Shown: positions 60,561-64,000 of the stretch, piece by piece
How positions within the stretch are numbered: position 1 is the first letter of the stretch
Layout of the letters: each line of letters starts with the position of its first letter
Assembly: GCA_963667845.2 (NCBI GenBank)
Contig: CAXXVL010000002.1
Span: forward strand, 1 to 64,000
DNA length: 64,000 nucleotides
Direction: 5' to 3'
DNA from: Smithellaceae bacterium
Lineage (GTDB): Bacteria; Desulfobacterota; Syntrophia; Syntrophales; Smithellaceae
Translations under genes and position numbers: made by a program
The notes under the pieces: model-generated
The model's input: only the letters and a program-made list of their open reading frames with translations
Database searches by the model: none
What the model was told of the DNA's origin: nothing

Positions 60561-62348
60561 TTACCGCACCGCTGTTCCGCTGCTCTGCAGCTTCGTCCGC
60601 AATGCCGGGCTCAATTTCTTCACCAGCTCGGCATTGTAAGAACCTGTCGGCATCGGCTTGACGGTTGGATCATTCGTCGGATTATTGTTTGTTGTAAGAT
60701 CCCAGGCCCCGGTAATCTGCATGGCCGCAACGGCGTATTGACGCGATGTTGCGGCGGGCATGCCAGCCATGACCGCCGGGTCAACGTCGGCAGTCATGAT
60801 GGAAAGGGTATCGTCGCTGTTGAGATAAATTTCAAAGGTGCGGAACTGCTGAGGGAAATCCCGAAGCGACGGTGTTTCCACCTGCCAGAAGCCTTTTTCC
60901 GGAGCAGCCGGATCAGGCGATATAAAGGCTTTTACGGTATTTAAATGACGATGACCCGCAAGCCACATGATCAGGTTCGGATGGCTGTGCAGTTCCGCGA
61001 GCAGACCCGGCAGGGTGACGGCATTCTGGGGGTTGACCCACCAGCCCATTTCGGAATTGGGCGCCGTCGGTTCAACGTCGATCGGGATGTGTGCGGCGAT
61101 GATCATGAGCTGGCCTGCCGCATCGCCTGCCGCCAGTTCTTTTTTCAGCCATGCCCAGCGGACGGGGTCCAGAAAGCCGTGCCCATGAATATCGGCCGAG
61201 CCGTCGTCTTCCTTCTGCGTGTCGTCGAGCACGATCACCTTGATCGGAACGGTTGACTTCGGTACGAAGCTGTAACAGGCAAAGCCTTTTGGCGCTCCGG
61301 GATCAACCAGGTTGAAACCATGTCCCACGGGCCCGGAAGTTGTTGTGAAAAATTCGCTGATCCACTGGGTCCGCAAAAGCGACCGGCGATCCGGATCGGC
61401 CGCAACTTTGGGCGGGCTCGCAAAATTGCCGACAGGGCCTGCGTATTTGATGTCGCCATACGGCGTCGAGCCGTCGATCACGCCCATATAGTAATCGCGG
61501 CTGCCGATTTTTCCGGGGTTGGCGAGGACATCTCCCGTGGCGAAGACTTCATCGGTGATGTAGGATTGCCGCAGATCTTTGCGCAGACTGTAGTCCACGG
61601 GGATGGAGCCCATCCAAAAATGATCGTGATTGCCGAGCGTCTGATACCAGGGAATCGTCTTATCCAGCCCTGCCGCCTTGTAGGGTTTCTGATATTCGAC
61701 GGTCTTAGCTCCAAGATGGGCGCCGGAACTGGGTTCGATAACCTTGCCGTCCAGAACATCAATATACCAGCGCGTTTCGTTGTACTGCGAGGTGTTGCAG
61801 GTGTCTCCCAGGGAAAGGCCGAAGTCGAGCGGATTCTTCTCGTGCAGAGCGTTTACCGTCTGGACGGCTGCGTCGAGCACATGCGTTGAATACAGCATAC
61901 TCCCCGAGTAGAGAGCGGCCCCTATGGGCATGGTGGGATGCAGACGCTGAAGATACAGCAGCTGATTGGGTGATTCTTTGTCGGTGATATGAATGTCGGA
62001 GATGGTAAAGAAGTTCAGGAGTTTTGTCTTCCTGGTGACTGCGGAACCGCCATACGCGGCCGGCATGATATCCAGCCGCCTGTCGTAGGGAAGCCCCGGG
62101 CCGAACGCCCAGTCCCCATACCCGTATTGACTGTACTTGGAAATCTCCCAGAGATTAATCGCCGTCGCCGGCTTTACACCCGGCACGACCGTCCTCTGAG
62201 CCGTCGTTTGCACATCGGCGGCAACCGGATAGCCTTTGGGTTCACTTTGATTTTTGATGAGGCACGTTGAGCAACCCGATAAAGAGATGATCAGCAGGAT
62301 CGTCAATAGGGCTATACTGAACTTTTTGTCTTCAAAAAATAATTTCAT
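60561..62348 (-). CDS. Metallophosphoesterase lipoprotein (TIGR03768-like)
   Basis: Lipobox LSGC; SDIHITDKESP, GD, GNHDH, AHIP, AGHRH. Confidence 0.85.
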   Translation of the reverse strand: MKLFFEDKKFSIALLTILLIISLSGCSTCLIKNQSEPKGYPVAADVQTTAQRTVVPGVKPATAINLWEISKYSQYGYGDWAFGPGLPYDRRLDIMPAAYGGSAVTRKTKLLNFFTISDIHITDKESPNQLLYLQRLHPTMPIGAALYSGSMLYSTHVLDAAVQTVNALHEKNPLDFGLSLGDTCNTSQYNETRWYIDVLDGKVIEPSSGAHLGAKTVEYQKPYKAAGLDKTIPWYQTLGNHDHFWMGSIPVDYSLRKDLRQSYITDEVFATGDVLANPGKIGSRDYYMGVIDGSTPYGDIKYAGPVGNFASPPKVAADPDRRSLLRTQWISEFFTTTSGPVGHGFNLVDPGAPKGFACYSFVPKSTVPIKVIVLDDTQKEDDGSADIHGHGFLDPVRWAWLKKELAAGDAAGQLMIIAAHIPIDVEPTAPNSEMGWWVNPQNAVTLPGLLAELHSHPNLIMWLAGHRHLNTVKAFISPDPAAPEKGFWQVETPSLRDFPQQFRTFEIYLNSDDTLSIMTADVDPAVMAGMPAATSRQYAVAAMQITGAWDLTTNNNPTNDPTVKPMPTGSYNAELVKKLSPALRTKLQSSGTAVR

Positions 62349-62360
62349 AAAACGACTCCT

Positions 62361-63371
62361 TTATAGGCCTAAATATTTATTGACTCTGTTTTGAGCATTG
62401 GCGCGAATGTTAAAATAGTAAAATGGATAATCAAAGCTGTGGTAGACACCCCTCGGAAATGCATGCTGCGTCAATGCATATAATCCGTCTTCATCAGCCG
62501 TCGTGCAGATCAGCACGCCGCCCGCGATATCGACCCGGGCATCGGCATACTGCGGCACGGGCGAAAAGACGAGCGTTACGGGATCCGGCATGATCGAGCC
62601 CAGGCCCTCGGCTGTCGTAGCAACGGTTTGCGCTCTCGTCCAGCTGATGGGATTGATCACCAGGCCCACAAGCCCCGACAGGACGGGGTTGTCCGCCGGA
62701 TTCACATCAGGCGCCTGAGTATTATAGGAAATGATCACCCCCGTGTCATCCGGACCTTCGGCAAATTTCAAGTGCGGGTTGTCGGCAATGACTTTTGCCG
62801 TCACAGGATAACCGATCACATAGGCGGCAATCATTCGGTGATACACTTCGGGATGGTCCTTCAGGTACCCTGTCAAAAGGTTAATCAACACATTTGATCC
62901 CTGCGAATGGCCGGCTAAAAGAAATGGCCGCCCCTTGTTGTAGTGCTTGATATAGTAATCGAAGGCGGCAACCGCGTCCAGTGTCGGGATGCCGGCGATC
63001 AGGGCGTCGTGCGCAGGCAGCGGCAGCGTCAAGGCATAGGCGGCGTCCGCCTGCCTGTAGTAAGGCGCGTAAATATTGGCAAAGGGTTCAAAAGCGGTAG
63101 CCGATCGCGCAAAGGCGGAAGGCGCACCCCTAAGCATCGACGGGTTGTCGATCGGGCAAATATACGGGTCATTTGCGCCCCGCTGCCAGGCCGTGGGATA
63201 CAGGTAAAAAACATCGACCGGCTTGACCGTGGCCGGCATATTCAACCAGTGTGCAGCGAGCGAGTAATCCGTGGCCACAGGCACGGAAGGTGTATCGCCT
63301 CCTCCGCATGCAGCAAGCGTAACGCTTACTAAAAACGCAATGATTAGTAATTGTAATTTCCTGATGAACAT
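62361..63371 (-). CDS. DUF3089-family alpha/beta-hydrolase lipoprotein
   Basis: Lipobox LAAC; DVFYLYPT, APYYRQ, GRPF.LAGHSQG, H..DY. Confidence 0.85.
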   Translation of the reverse strand: MFIRKLQLLIIAFLVSVTLAACGGGDTPSVPVATDYSLAAHWLNMPATVKPVDVFYLYPTAWQRGANDPYICPIDNPSMLRGAPSAFARSATAFEPFANIYAPYYRQADAAYALTLPLPAHDALIAGIPTLDAVAAFDYYIKHYNKGRPFLLAGHSQGSNVLINLLTGYLKDHPEVYHRMIAAYVIGYPVTAKVIADNPHLKFAEGPDDTGVIISYNTQAPDVNPADNPVLSGLVGLVINPISWTRAQTVATTAEGLGSIMPDPVTLVFSPVPQYADARVDIAGGVLICTTADEDGLYALTQHAFPRGVYHSFDYPFYYFNIRANAQNRVNKYLGL

Positions 63372-63591
63372 TTCTGTTTCCTTTATGGTGTTGCTTCAGC
63401 CGTCCGGCTAACCGCAGGAATGTCGAAAAGATCATATCAGCATTGCCTGAAGAAATCTTGATGTAAAATGAGCTTACTATTTGGACGCACCGGGGCAATC
63501 CTTAATCAACCCCGTTATCCCCCAAGGGGAACTGACGGACAAGGATCAAGCAACAACGAATGTATATGAGAAAAGGAGAAATAGTCTTTTG

Positions 63592-63652
63592 ATCAACCAC
63601 CTCGCAGCAAGCTGCGGAGAATTAACGCTCGTCCCGCCTAAGCGGGATTAAA
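63592..63652 (+). repeat. Short (~60-bp) internally deleted copy H of the dispersed element
   Basis: TCAACCACCTCGCAGCAAGCTGCGGAGAATTAACGCTCGTCCCGCCTAAGCGGGATTAAA. Confidence 0.88.
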
Positions 63653-63803
63653 AAAACGAGAGCCGCCTATGCCGTCTTGTCTTTGCTGGAGTCCATCATT
63701 TAATATTGGTCTATCGAGGGTGATAATCACCACAAAGACCTATAATTGATTCTTTGTTAACATCCAGTTGAATAGACTCAATACGCGCATCGCAGCTTCT
63801 CGT
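63650..63803 (-). ncRNA. Structured ~150-nt ncRNA, 6S-like, copy 2
   Basis: ACGAGAAGCUGC/GCGGCUCUCGU closing stem, CUGGA/UCCAG, GGUCU...GGUGA-UUA-UCACC...AGACC, U-tract; paralog of 50037-50195. Confidence 0.7.
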
Positions 63804-63809
63804 ATTTTT

Positions 63810-63838
63810 ACGCTACGCGTGACTATCACCAATGTCAA
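63810..63838 (-). promoter_or_regulatory. sigma70 promoter of ncRNA copy 2
   Basis: TTGACA-17 bp-TAGCGT in the same register as copy 1. Confidence 0.65.
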
Positions 63839-64000
63839 GAGGAATACCTGAGATCAGCCATTTACAATAGTGTATAATTTTAAATACTTACGTTAAGCGG
63901 CCTGTGTCTGTTTATCCTGCCGCAGTTGAAACAAAAATCACCTATTTAATGCTCGCTTTTAAAATGGATTTGTGAATAAAATTTCTATTAAAGATTGAAG

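Overview
Chromosomal window from an anaerobic bacterium; the gene content (ADP-forming acyl-CoA ligase, 2-oxoacid:ferredoxin oxidoreductase, several SDRs, B12-dependent MetH) suggests a Syntrophales/Smithella-like deltaproteobacterium, which is an inference. Bases 1-6881 are the right-hand part of an AT-rich integrative element. It ends in a 3' fragment of tRNA-Glu(CTC) and carries an integrase, an AlpA/Xis-like gene, two HGGxSTG proteins and a tandem pair of extra tyrosine recombinases. The rest is housekeeping and metabolic genes, gene remnants and small mobile repeats. Main signals missed by the ORF track: (1) a MerB (organomercurial lyase)-like gene at 59541-60290(-) with in-frame TGA at both catalytic Cys positions, each followed by a SECIS-like hairpin, i.e. 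a probable two-selenocysteine lyase; (2) two paralogous ~150-nt structured ncRNA genes (50037-50195 and 63650-63803, minus strand), each with its own sigma70 promoter, compensatory base changes and a 6S-like rod fold; (3) eight copies of a ~100-bp three-hairpin element resembling IS200/IS605 non-autonomous elements, two of which flank an orphan mreB; (4) an alpha/beta-hydrolase fused to a PAS-PAS histidine kinase; (5) lexA with a perfect GAAC-N4-GTTC palindrome inside its promoter. No CRISPR array, rRNA or complete tRNA was seen. No database searches were run; family calls rest on motif recognition.
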